A stretch of DNA of 64,000 nt from Squalus acanthias (Eukaryota), in contig JASTWF010000514.1 in NCBI GenBank assembly GCA_030390025.1, forward strand, positions 1 through 64,000. The letters run 5' to 3'. The notes below the pieces were generated by a model. It was not told where the DNA came from and did not search any database. It saw only the letters and a list, made by a program, of their open reading frames with translations. Positions 37,013 through 49,774 of this stretch are shown here, piece after piece; the first letter of the stretch is position 1; every line of letters starts with the position of its first letter. The position numbers and the translations under genes were made by a program.

Positions 37013-37489
37013 TCTTTATATTCAGGGTGGACCCGGTCCGAAGCTGTTTCTCGGTCCCCACACAACACAGTAATCGACCGTGGAGTCACCGGGCACCACG
37101 GTTTTGATCGTCAGAATGTAACTGTTACCGGAGGCGTCTCTGGAAGGTTGAAAACGGTTTCTGAAGCCGGAGCTTCGGTGTATGGTGCCATCGTTACTCT
37201 GCCAGTGCAACCACGCCGGAGGTTCACCGGGTCGCTGTCGGTACCAGTACACATCGTAGCGGTTCACATTCTCGCACACTCTAACCGGGCGGTCTGACCC
37301 ACGGAGACAGGCTCGGATATTGGGGGCTGACTGAGATCACGAGCCGTCAAGACACCTTCAATAAAAGCAAAAAATCAACCCATTCAGAGACTTAGAGCAA
37401 ATAGGACGTTAATGCGTCAATATACACGGAGAAAATACCGCCCGATTCTCGGTATATAACCGATTTAGTTGCGGATAAACCCGTGACAT
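37013..37489 (-). pseudogene. Ig light chain type I germline-joined VJ, copy 3 (leader deleted, no C)
   Basis: VJ exon 37355-37013 (...DVYWYRQRPGEPP...RFQPSRDASGNSYILTI...DYCVVWGPRNSFGPG) has frameshifts. ATG at 37489 is kept, but ~67 nt covering the leader and donor are deleted. Confidence 0.92.
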
Positions 37490-37582
37490 TTCCTCCGGAG
37501 AAGAGCCGACAGCCACCGTCCAAATTTCAGACTGGTTACAGTGTCTGCAAATCCGAGACTCAGGATCTATTTATTATCCGGA

Positions 37583-37590
37583 ATGCAAAT
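37583..37590 (-). promoter_or_regulatory. Octamer of IgL copy 3 promoter
   Basis: ATTTGCAT on the minus strand at the position homologous to 34135, followed by an AT-rich TATA-like sequence. Confidence 0.8.
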
Positions 37591-38645
37591 AGTTGGGATG
37601 GTCCCGGGCATGGTTTGAGGCAGATTTTTAATTCGGTGTTTTTTAAAACCTATTTGTGCCTGATTAAGTTAATACAATCTTAAACCTTTAATTTACAAAT
37701 GTTTAATCTCCAATTGGAGTTTCTGTTAAGCGATGGTTCCACGATTCCGAAGATTTTTGCGTTTAATGAATATTTAGTCTGTGTTCTACCCCAGAAAAAA
37801 ATGTGGGGCGGATTGTAGAGATACGGATGAGCTGATGCACTTCGGCCGGAATCGTTCTGATAACGCGCTATTACTCTCTGATATACTGCATCAGATTTTA
37901 AAGTAATCTTTTCCCCTAAAATACATATTTCATAATCGACTGACGTCCCTTTCTCTAAATCAGCAGCAAGACAACCCTGGATGTGTCAATCCCTTTAAAA
38001 TTGGGGTTTTAATTGACAAAGATGGTTTGGGCTTCAGTCTGTAAATACATTTCTGATGAGAATATTCCTGAGGCGGCGTAAAGAAGAAATAGTTGAATGA
38101 GAAAGAAGGGAAGAAAGCGGCGTTTTTCACCCTGCCCCGGATTAAAGAGAAATTGTTCTATTTTAGTCTGAGTAATCCCCTTTAAAACTCAGGAGGGCAA
38201 ATAAAACACGCAAAATATTAATAAAATGACATCTTGTCTTGAATTTGCTGCGGGTCCGATTAATGTGCGCAGCTCCCGTTTTAAACACTGCTCCAGTTGA
38301 ATTATCAAACGGCGGGGTCAGTTGTTTCTGGGGCTCTGTAATGTTGAACATTTCCCCTGTTTGGAGTCAATCCCTAACTCCCCACACTGAGTATTGGTTC
38401 ATGTTTTTAAAAGTCAGATTGAAACTGTTTGTTGTCACTTACTTGAGGGCGAAAGAAACATGCATCAATTTGTTAATAAATTGGTTGGCTCGCAATTTTA
38501 GCGTCAAAGGAATAATATTTTTTGTTTAATATATATCTGCATTGTGTAAATGTGAAGTTCGGTATTCCCCCCTGTTCCTTAGAACAACACACAGAGTGGC
38601 CGCGGGGATTCTCGTTCCCTGGAGTAGCCGGCACTGAATTCGGTC

Positions 38646-40864
38646 ATAAGAAGATAAGAACATAAGAAATAGGAGCAGGAATAGGCCACTTGGCCCCTCG
38701 AGCCTGCTCTGCTATTCAATAAGATCATGGCTGATCTTGGGCTCAAAGCCACATCCCCGCCCGCTCCCCATAACCCTTCACTCCCTTATCTGAGAGACGA
38801 GATTCCTCCTCATCTCAGTTCTAAAAGGGCGACTCTTTATTCTAAAACTGTGCCCCCGAGTTCTAGACTTCCACACGAGGGGAAACATCCTCTCTAAATC
38901 TACCTTGTCGAGACCCCTCAGTATCTTATATGTTTCAATAAAATCACCTCTCATTCTTCTAAATGCCAATGAGTATAGGCGCAGCCTGCTCAACCTTTCC
39001 TCATAAGTCAATCCCCTCATCTCTGGAATTAACGTCGTGGATCGTCTCTGAACTGCCTCCAATGCAAGTATATCCTTCCTTAGTGAACGCAGAAGCAAGC
39101 GTCATCTGCATACTGTAATTCGACGGCAGAGGATTGGACGACCTTGGATCTGGACTGGAGGCGACGGAGCATTGCTGCAAGGAAGATCGAGAAGAGCGTT
39201 GGTACGATGACACAGCCTTGCTTGACTCCGGTTCATAATTGAATTGGGTCTATGGTGGAACCGTTGGTCAGGGTCACGGCTTGCAGGTTGTCGTGAAGCA
39301 GGCGGAGGATGGTGAAAAACTTTTGAGGGCTGCTGAATTTGAGGATGACACTCCATAATCCATCACGGTTGACAGTGTTGAAGGCCTTTGTGAGGTCAAA
39401 GAAGGCCATGTCACGGGGTTGGTGCTGTTCCCTGCATTTCTCTTGTAATTGACGTGCAGTGAAGATCATGTCCATTGTGCCCCTTAGTGGGCGGAATCCG
39501 CATTGCGAATCTGGGAGGAGCTCTTCGGACAATGGGAGAAGGCGATTAAGGAGGATTCTTGCAATGATTCCCAAAACAAGCGCTCTACTCGGAGCTCCGG
39601 CACGGCAAGAGAGCCACAGGTGGGCAGAGGAAACACTTCAAGGACACCTTCGAAGCCTCCTTGAAAAATTGTAACATCCCCACCGACACCTGGGGATCCC
39701 TGGCCCAAGACCACACAAAATGGAGGAGAAACATCCGGGAAGGCGCCGAACACCTGGAGTCTCTTCGCCGGGAGCAAGCGGAAGCCAAGCGCAGGCAACG
39801 CAAGCAGCGTACGTCAACAGAAGCACCCCACACATCCGCTCCTTCAAACCGTCTGCCCCACCTGTGACAGAGACTGTAGGTCCCGCATTCGACTCATCAG
39901 TCACCTGCAAACTCATTTTTAATGTGGAAGCAAGTCATCCTCGGTACCGAGGGACTGCCTAAGAAGATCCTTCCTTAAATAAGGAGAGCAAAACTGCAAG
40001 CAGCACTATAGGTGTGCTCTCACTAATAACCTGTACAGCTGTAGCAGGGCTTCCCTGCTTTTATACTCCAACCCCCTTGAAATAAAAGCCAATATTCCAT
40101 TCGCCTTTTTGATTACTTGGTGTACCTGCATGCTAACATTTTGTGTTTCATGAACAAGGACCCCCAGGTCCCTCAGAACTGTAGCATTTTGGAATCTCTC
40201 TCCGTTTAAATAATAATTTGTTTTTTTTATTTTTCACGCCAAAGTGTATAACCTCGCACTTTACCACGTTGTAATCAATCTGCCAAATGTTTGCCCACTC
40301 AGTTAACCTTTCTATATCCCTTTGAAGATTGTTTGAGTCCTCTGCACAACTTGCTTTCCCACCCATCTTTGTATCATCCGCAAACTTGGCTAAATTACAC
40401 TCGATCCCTTTATTCTAGTCTTTAATGTAGATTGTAAATAGTTGAGGCCCCAATACCGATCCCTGTGGCACTCCACTAGTTACCGTTTACCAACCGGAAA
40501 TTGACCCATTTATCCCGACTCTCTGCTTTCTGTTAGTTAGCCAATTCTCAATCCATGCTAATATATTATCCCCAATTCCGTGAGCTCTTATCTTATGCAG
40601 TAACCTTTTATGTGGCACCTTATCGAATGCCTTCTGGAAATCCAAATACACCACATCCACTGGTTCATCTTTGTCCACTCTGCTCGTTACATCCTCAAAC
40701 AACTGCAACAAATTTGTAAAACATGATTTCCCTTTCAAAAAACCATGCTGAATCTGCTAGATTGAATTATGATTTTCCAAATGCCCTGCTACTGCTTCCT
40801 TAATGAAGGACTCCAGCATTTTCCCAACGACAGATGTTAGGCTAACTGGTCTATGATTTCCTGG
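38646..40864 (-). mobile_element. 5'-truncated CR1 LINE upstream of IgL copy 3
   Basis: RT motifs 40150-40740; 3' tail (ttcttatg)n at ~38646-38670. Empty site visible in copy 1 (aatccctgcccgaattc). Confidence 0.9.
39083..39966. mobile_element. RTE-clade LINE insertion with inverted 5' part
   Basis: Minus 39566-39083: RT (QCGFRPLRGT, FDLTKAFNTV, GVKQG, LQYADD). Plus 39567-39966: C-terminus with CPTC...H..H zinc finger and (AAG) tail. TSD ATCCTTCCTTA at 39072-39082 and 39967-39977. Confidence 0.88.
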
Positions 40865-41155
40865 GATTGGTTCTCACCTGGACAAGGGGCTTTTCGGTGA
40901 AGCCCAGGTACTTGGTTCTGTTTCTGCTCTTGAACTGATCACTGATTCCTCTGGTCTGTTAAAATTATTAAAGAGGCTTTGGAGCTGTGACTGGAGCTGC
41001 TCTCTCAAACTTCCACAGGGACCAAGAGCTTTGTCACTGCTGACACTGACACGGCTGACTGGAGAACCAATCAATCCAGAGCACTGGCCACACCACGCAC
41101 TGCACCTTGGAAGCTGTAGTTCCACATTGGGCAATGCATAAGATCAGCGTGTCTA
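40865..41155 (-). promoter_or_regulatory. ZNF143/THAP11-motif promoter module, copy 3 (degenerate motif)
   Basis: Inverted homolog of 18530-18824; motif reads ACTACAGCTTCCA. Confidence 0.45.
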
Positions 41156-42065
41156 TTGAAACCACTGTTCCAGCTCTACCTCACCACCACCTCTCTCGAT
41201 TCCACCACTTTCTCTAAATTGTCACACTGCTTGTCCGACATCCAGCACTGGATGAGCAGAAATTTCCTCCAACTAAATTTTGGAAATTCCGAAGCCATTC
41301 TCTTCGGCCTTAGCCACAAATTCCATTCCCTCACCACCGGCCTCATTCCTTTCCCTGGGAACTGTCTGCGGCTGATACAGACTGTTGGCAACCATGGTGT
41401 CATATCTGACCCCGACATGAGCTTCCGACCACATATCCGTGCCATAAGTAAGACAGCCTATTTCCAGCTCCATAACATCGCCTGACTCTACCGCGCCTCA
41501 GCTCATCAGCTGCTGAAACCCTTATGCGCACATTTTTTACCTCTAGTCTTCATTATACCAAGACACTCCTGGCCGGGCTCCCACTTTCTACTCTCCGTAA
41601 ACTTGAGACTATCCAAAACAAGAACCAAGTGCCTTCACCCCCGTGCTCGCTGATCTATATTGGCTCCCGGTTACATACCTTAATTTTTACATGATAATTC
41701 TCGTTTTCAAATCCCTCCATGGCCTCAACCCTCCGTATCTCTGTCATCTCCTCCAGCCATACAAATCTCCGAGATATCGAAGTTCCTCCAATTCTGGCAT
41801 CGCTCCACCATTGGCGGCAGTGCTTTCAGCTACCTAGGCCCTAAGTTCTGGACTTCCCTCACTGCACCTCTCTGCTTCTCTAACACAATTTCCGCCTTTA
41901 AGACACTCCTCAAAACCTGCCCCTTTAACCAAGTTTTTGGTCATCGGCCCTAATATCTCCTCATGTGGCTCGGAGTGAAAAAAAATTGACAACACTCCTG
42001 CGAAGTAACTTTGGACGTTTTACTCCATTAAAGGTGCTATATAAATACAAGTTCTTGTTGTTGTT
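41156..42065 (+). mobile_element. L2-type LINE 3' fragment
   Basis: CLSDIQHWMSRNFLQLN; 3' tail ...tataaatacaagttcttgttgttg. Confidence 0.8.
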
Positions 42066-43579
42066 GGTGGTGGTACGGGACTTCAGCCGGTTTTACATCG
42101 AACAGTCTACCTGACAGCAAACACACTCTATTTTTTCAGCAAACTCAGTCTATTTAAGCAGCGCATGACAGCAAACAGTCTACAGGGTGTATTTAAAAAG
42201 AGCATGTACAAACTACAGCAAACAGAACTGATGGCCGGAACTAAGCAACTTCGCCCAATAAAAGCTTGGCGATTTCTCCAGCATAATGCAGTGAGTCCAG
42301 GATACTTACAGATTAAAAATTATGTTTGTAAAAAGTTGCTGTTATATATTTAGGTGTTACCCAGTGGAGGTATTCGTTTTCTTTACAGTATTGATCATAC
42401 CATCTAATGCCATAATAAAGCTGAACACATTTCATCTACTTAAATTGAAGTAAATTGTGCAGAGAAATGTGGCAGTGGGGAAGTTGGCATGTACTACATC
42501 ATCTCAACCGGAGGTTAATATGGAAAGAAGGAAACGTGAAGAATTGTTAATTAGGACTACTAAAGTGCGCCTTTCTGGAAACATGTTGACAGGGTTTATA
42601 GCTCCATTTCAGTTCGTAAAGTGGGTGCAGGTACAGAGAGATCTGGGGTTCAGGTGCACCCATTTTTGAAGGTAGCTGGACAAGATGCGAAGGCTATAAA
42701 AATGGAGGTATAGATGACAAAACTAGGGCGTTATGATAAACCTAAATAAACACTGTTTAGGATTCAGTTGGAGTATTGTGTTCACGCTTTAAGAAGGATG
42801 TCAAGACCATGTAGAGGGTGCAGAGCGGATTTACTAGAATGGTACCAGGGATGAGGGACTTCACTTATGTGGAGAGACTTGGATTGTTCTCCTTAGAGCA
42901 GGGAGTGTTAAAGAGAGATTAAGATGCTGGGTTTCCTGAGCACCGGGAAACCTTGTTCGCAGCCGTTAAATATAAGTCAGGCTCCCAACTGCACTGTGGG
43001 AGCCTGATTTAAATATTATAATGAGGTTTCCCGCCTGAGAGCTTTGATATGGCGGCAGGAGCTTATGCGGTGTGTTCAGGTGGGGTTACCTCATTTTTAT
43101 ATGTAACACACCTCCACCCTCTCCCGCCCATCTTATTCCCATCCATTCCGCCAATACCGGTCCCAGGTCCTATTGCGTTCAGTAATTAATTTCTCGATCA
43201 ATAAAGTATTGTAAGTACAATGTAGGTTACAGAGCACCAACAACAACTTGTTTTACATAGCGCCTTTAACGTAGAAAAACGACAAAAGGTGCTTCACAGG
43301 AGCGATTATCAGAAATCATTTGACACATAAGGAGATATTAGTACAGGTGACCAAAAGCTTGGTCCAAGAGGTGGGTTTTAAGGAGAGCCTTAATGGTGAA
43401 GAGTGAGGCGGAGAGTTTTAGAGAAGGGCTTGCGACAGATTGGGATCCACGCAGTTTCGCTCCAAACAATTAAAATTTGAAATATTCTGAAATTTGCGGG
43501 AGAATCGAACAGGTGGAGCACTTGAAGTGACAGGAATGTCTTCCGCCGGATTCGTACCACCCGGATTGTCCTTTTGCTT

Positions 43580-45270
43580 TGGAGTCAATGCCAGACCTTT
43601 GCTTACTGGGCGGGTCCCCTGCGGACGGTGGCCCTGGCGGGTCGCGACCCCGCTGCTGCCTCCATCACGCTTTTGAAAATGTTGTTACCTAAATGGGGCC
43701 TATTGGAGCCCAAACAGTGCGTTACCAGGCCCAATGAGATGGAGCGGTTCTGTTGACGTCATTCATGACGCGTTTACAACCGGGATCTTTAAAGGGTCTT
43801 TGGCCACATCACAGTTGAAGTTTAATCTAACATACTACTGTCGGTGCACAAAGGGGTATGGTGGCGAGATGACAGCGGGATCCTGACCCGCTGCCAAAAA
43901 AAACAACATTCCTTCCCGTCCCACCACCTTTCTCGCCCGTTATCACCCCGGAAAATTACGGGTGGTTCCATACCGAGTTCTAACCGACTCCAACCTAAAG
44001 TCTAACTGAAATCTTAGGGGGGAATTTTCCTGTGGTTCAGCGGGCTGGATCGGTGGCGGGTCAGGAGGGAAAGTGTTTTATTTTACAGTGGTCGGGACCC
44101 CGCTGTTAATCCACCACCACGTGCCTTTACCAAATGTCGGGTCTGTCAGCGCTGAGCAGACCCGACATGCAGTGGCGGGGGAGGCAATTCAATTCATAAT
44201 GACCTTGTTAACAGAGCAGTTACAACAATTTTGAACTCACCTTTAGAACTTACCAGCTCGTCAACCATGTCCACGCTGCTGTTAAGCTGGGCTGGAGTTG
44301 AATGGCCATGCAATCATCTCATTACTTGACATCTGGAAATGTACTATAAAAGCACCCATCTCACATCTGATCACTTTCGAATCTCAGAATCAGTTGCTTA
44401 CTGCATTTGGAAGACAGATTGAGCTTTGTGCAGGTTGCAATTGTTTGGAGCAAACTCTCTATTCAGCGACACCGCATTGGTACGACCTCTCTCAGCATTG
44501 ACAGATTCCTTCTGTCTTCTGAAGTTCACCTGCCATCTATTCCATCAACATGGGTACGGTTGATGCTCTTTCACCTGGGTTCTCAGAACCTGAGCAGAAT
44601 CAGCTGCAACACCAACATCACCAGGCAGACCAGCAGCACCAACAACTACACCAAACTTCTCAGCAAACACCTGATGCTGCAAAGGACAGAGGGATTCCGC
44701 ACACGACCACATGGCTACACGGGACGCCAGGGATGGGATGGCCTCACCATGGCCAGATTTACTTCACTTGACGCCGCACACCCATATGGCTGCCACACGA
44801 TGCGCCAGGTTGGCATCACCCACACCAACACCGTAAACCATTCATACAATATCCAAGCCATTCCTTTCCCACTTATCGGCTTTGCGGGGGATACCGTTAT
44901 GTCTTACCATTCGCTGCAACTCACTAAGCCACTTCCAAACGTGCACACCAATCTGTCGAAGAACGGAATCTGTTCAAAATAAAGATTTCAATGTTTGACA
45001 GCACATTAACAGAAACATCTCATGGACATTGGGTAAAACACGCAAGTGCCTATCTTTGTGTGTTGTCAGTTGGTATGATTGGACTTGGCTGAGGATGAGT
45101 GTGAGTGGTGGCTCGTGAGATGGGGAAGTGAAATTGTAGATACAGACGGATGGGTGGGGGTGCAAGGTAAGAAGGTCTGCGTAAGGATGTGCAGGAGTAG
45201 GATAGTGATGGCAGAATGATGGGGATGTGATGGGTGGCACAGCAGGATGAGATTGAATGTGGCTTTGCAG
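43580..45270. mobile_element. Harbinger transposon relics (internally deleted inverted copy ~43580-43990; second copy ~44017-45270)
   Basis: Homology to 25720-27490 in inverted and direct orientation respectively. Confidence 0.65.
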
Positions 45271-46294
45271 CAATAGAAACATAGAAGACAGGAGCAGGAG
45301 TAGGCCATTCCGCCCCTCGAGCAAGCTCCGGCATTCGATGAGATCATGGCTGATCATCCAAACTCAGTACCCTGTACCTGTCTTCTCCCCATATCCCTTG
45401 ATACTTTTAGCTTTAAGAAATATATCTAACTCATTCTTGAATATATTTAATGACTTGTCCTCAACTACCTTCTGTGGTAGAGAATTCCACAGGTTCACCA
45501 CTCTCTGGGTGAAGAAATTCTTCCTCATTTCTGTCCTAAATGGCTTACCCCCTATCCTTATACTATGGCTACTGGTTCTGGACTCTCCGACCATCGGGAA
45601 CATTCTTCCTGCATCTAGTTTGTGCAGACCTGTCAGAATTTTATATGTTTCGATGAGAACAACTCTCATTCTTCTATACTCCAGCGAGTATCAGCCCAAT
45701 CGACCCAATCTCTCCTCATATGTCATTCCTGCCATCCCAGGTATCAGCCTTGTGAATCTTCGCTGAACTCCTTCCATGGCAAGAACATCCTTCCATAGAT
45801 AAGGCAATCAAAACTGCACACAGTACTCAAGGTGTGGCCTCACCACGGCCCTGTACAACTGCAGCAGGACATCCCTGTCCGTATACTCAAACCCTATCGC
45901 TATGAAGGCCAACATACCATTTGCCTTATTCACCGCCTGCTGCACCTTCATGCTTACCTGCAGCGACTGGTGCACAAGTACACCCAGGTCTCGTTGCACT
46001 TCCCCTTCTCCCAATCTATTGCCATTCAGATAATTGTCTGCCTTTTTGTTTTTGACACCAAAGTGGATAACCTCGCATTTATCCCAGTTATATTGCATCT
46101 GCCATTCATCTGCCCCCTCACCCAACCTGTCCAAATCATCCTGGAGTTTCTCGGTATCCTTCTCACAGCACACACGCCCACCCAGCGTTCTGTCATCTGC
46201 AAACTTGGAGATATTACATTTAGTTCCCTTATCTAGATCATTAATGTGAGAAGTCGCACAACACCAGGTTATATTTCAACAACTTTATTTGAAA

Positions 46295-46331
46295 TCACAA
46301 GCTTTCGGAGCGCTGCTCCTTCGTCAGGTGA
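46295..46331 (-). ncRNA. Minimal hammerhead ribozyme, inverted pLTR copy
   Basis: Reverse strand reads tcac CTGACGA aggagcagcgctcc GAAA gcttgtga. Confidence 0.68.
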
Positions 46332-47030
46332 AGTGAAGAGATACATATAGGCACAGCATATATCGTCAGAGAACACAGCCAGATGATTACAGTTAATCTT
46401 TCCACTGCCCTTTATCACACATCGGCAGAAAGATACTCACGGCAATCAAAGGTGTGGATGGTGTCCAAACAGGTCAGTCAGCAAAACATTACATCAAAGA
46501 CAATGTGGTAGATGCTGGGGAATGTATGAAAAACAAAAAAACGTTTTTTGCTGGAAATCGCAGCAGGTCGGGCCGCATCTGTGCAGAGAGAACAAGCCAA
46601 CGACGACTCGAGTCTCGAGACACACGACAACGCAAAATCGTCGAGCAGAAATTAATAGAAAAGTAACGCTCCCTTGAGGACGGCCTCAACCGGGATCTTG
46701 GGTTCATGTCACGCTACATGTAACCCCACCTGACGTAGAGTCATCCAGACTCGAGTCGTTGTTGGCTTCTTTTCTCTACACAGATGCGGCCCGACCTGCT
46801 GTGATTTGCAGCAAAAAAAGTTTTCTGTTTTCCATACAGACCCCAGTATCTGCCACATTGTCTTTGATGTAATGTTTTGCTGACTGACCTGTTTGGACAC
46901 CATCCACACCTTTGATTGCCGTGATCATCTCTCTGCCGAGGTGTGATAAAGGGCAGTTGGATAGATTAACTGTAATCATCTGGCTGTGTTCTCTGACTAT
47001 ATATGCTGTCCCTATATGTATCTCTTCACT

Positions 47031-47067
47031 TCACCTGATGAAGGAGCAGCGCTCCGAAAGCTTGTGA
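47031..47067 (+). ncRNA. Minimal type-I hammerhead ribozyme (Penelope pLTR)
   Basis: tcac CTGATGA a ggagc-agc-gctcc GAAA gct t gtga: intact catalytic core, stem I tcac/gtga, palindromic AGCT stem III. Confidence 0.7.
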
Positions 47068-49774
47068 TTTCAAATAAACCTGTTGGACTATAGCCTGGTG
47101 TTGAGCGACTTCTCACATTTGTCCACCCCAGTCCAACACCGGCATCTCCACATCATAGATCATTAATGTATATTGTGAATAGCTGGGGTGAAAGGACCGA
47201 TGCCTGCGGTACCCCACTAGTCACTGCCTGCCACTCGGAAAATGACTCATTAATTCCTACTCTCTGCTTTCTGTCCACCAACCAGTTCTCCATCCAAGTC
47301 AATACCTTGCCCCAAATCCCATATGCCTTAACTTTACACGCTAAACTCTTATGCGGGACCTTATTGAAAGCCTTTTGAAAGTCCAAATACACCACATCTA
47401 CTGGTTCTCCCTGATCTATTTTCCCAGTTACATCCTCAAAAAATTCCAGTAGATTAGTCAAGCACGATTTACCTTTTGTAAATCCAAGTTGACTTTGTCC
47501 GATCCTGTCACTATTTTTCAAATTCTCAGCTATTGCATCCTTTACAACGGACTCTAGCATTTTCCCCAGTACCGATGTCAGCCCTCCAATCCATTAGTAC
47601 AGTTCCAGATTCCATCGCATGATGGAAGATGATCAGCATTGCATCTACTATTTCTAGGGCCACTTCCTTAAGTCACCTAGGATGTAGATTGTCAGGCCCT
47701 GGGGATTTATCGGTCTTCAATCCCGACAATTTCCCTAACACCATTTTCCTGCAAAGACTGATTTCTTTCAGTTCCTCCCTTTCATCAGTGACTATGTTCT
47801 CCAACATCTCTGGGAGGTTATTTGTGTCCTCCTTTGTGAAGACAGAACCAAAATATGCATTTACTTGGTCAACCATTTATTTGTTCCCCATTATAACTTC
47901 CCCTGCTTCTGACTGCAAGGGACGTACACTTGATTTCACTAATCTTTTTCTCTTTACATATCTATAAAAGCTGTTACACTCAGTTTTTATGTTCTCTACA
48001 GGCTTACTTTCATATTCTACTGTCCCCTTCTTAATTAATCCCTTTGTCCTCCTTTGTTGAATCTTAAACTGCTCCCAATCCTCAGGGTTACCGCTTTTTC
48101 TTGCCATTTTATCTGCCCTCTCCTTGGATCTTATGCTATCCCTAATTTCCCTTGTTAGCCACGGTTGATTCAACCTTTTTGTTTTATTCTTATGCCACAC
48201 TGGGATGAACAAATTCTGTCGTTCATCCATGCAGTCTTTCAATATTTGCCATTGCCTATCCACCGTCAACCCTTTGAGTGACATCTCCCCATCAATCCTA
48301 CCCAATTCGCGCCTCATACCATCGTAGTTTCCTTTATTTAAATTCAGGAACCTAGTCTCTGATTCAACTACTTCACTCTCCATCCTAATGAAGAATTCTA
48401 TCATATTATGATCATCCTGACCCAAGGGGCCTCGTACAACAAGATTGCTTATTAATCATTTCTCGTTACATAATACCCAATCCAAGATGACCTGATCTCT
48501 GTTTGGTTCCTCGACATGTTGTTCCAGAAAACCATCCCGTAAACATTCTAGGAATTCCTCCTCCACAGTATTTTCAATAATTTGGTTAGCCCAATCTATA
48601 TGTAAATTAAAGTCACCCATGATGAGTGCTGTGCCCTTACTGCATGCTTCTCTAATTTCCATTTTAATGCCGTCCCCAATCTCCGTATTACTGTTTGGAG
48701 GTCTATATTCCACTCCCACTAACGTTTTCTGCCCCTTGTTATTTCTCAGTTCTACCCATACAGATTCCACAACATCAGATCTAATATCCTTCCTTTCAAT
48801 TCTGTTAATCCCCTCTTTAACCAGCAATGCTACCCCACCTCCCTTTATTTTTTGCCTATATATCCTAAATATTGAATACCCCTGGATGTTGTGTTCCCAG
48901 CCTTGGCCACCCTGGAGCCATGTTTCTGTAATCCCAATCAAATGGTATTCATTTACCTCTATTTGCACAGCTAATTCATCCACCTTGTTCCGAATGCTCC
49001 TTGCATTAAGACACAAAGCCTTCAGGCTTGTTTTTTTAACGGTCTCAGACCTATATGAATTGTTATTTACTGTGACCATGTTTGATTTAAACCGTTGAGT
49101 TCTTTGCCTTCTACTTTTGTTTTTCTCATTCCTGTCTTTTCCTTTTATCCTTGTTTCCCTTTCCTCTGTCTCCCTGCTCAGGTTCCCAACCCCTTGCCAC
49201 ATTAGTTTTAACCCTCCCCAACCGCCCTAGCAAACACTCCGCCTGGGACATCGGTCCAGGCCCTGCCCTGGTGCAGACCGTACAGTTTGTACTGGTCCCA
49301 CCTCCTCCAAACCGGTTCCAATGTCCAAGGAATTTGAATCTCTCCCCCTTGCACCATTCCTCTAGCCACGTATTCATTTGAAATATCCTCCTATTTCTAC
49401 TCTGACTAGCACGTGGCACTGGTAGCAATCCTGAGATTACTACCTTTGAGGTCCTATTTTTTAATTTAACTCCTAACTCCCTATATTCTGCTTTTAGGGC
49501 CTCATCCCGTTTTTACCTATATCGTTGGTGTCTATGTGCACCATGACAGCTGGCTGTTCGCCCTCCCCCTCCAAAAAGTTATGTAGCCGCTCTGAGACGT
49601 CCTTGACCCTTGCACCAGGGAGGCAACACACCATCCTGGAGTCTCGTTTCCGGCCACAGAAAGGCCTCAATATTCCGTTTACAATTGAGTCCCCTATCAC
49701 TACAGCTCTTCCACACTTTTTCCTCCAAGCCTGTGCAGCAGAGCCACCCATGTTGCCAGGAAGTTGGCTATGCG

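Larger units (their letters stand above)
46248..47155 (+). mobile_element. Penelope-like element with inverted pseudo-LTR, inserted in CR1
   Basis: ~370-bp inverted arms (46244-46615 vs 46746-47120). Central GIY-YIG C-terminus RDTRQRKIVEQKLI...EDGLNRDLGFMSRYM*. 14-bp TSD TAGATCATTAATGT at 46234-46247 and 47156-47169. Confidence 0.85.
45272..49760 (-). mobile_element. Decayed CR1 LINE (esterase ORF1 end, endonuclease, RT)
   Basis: GDSIV and HIDTND; LNARSI, ITETW and GDFN; YLDFQKAF; 3' tail at 45272. Confidence 0.93.
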
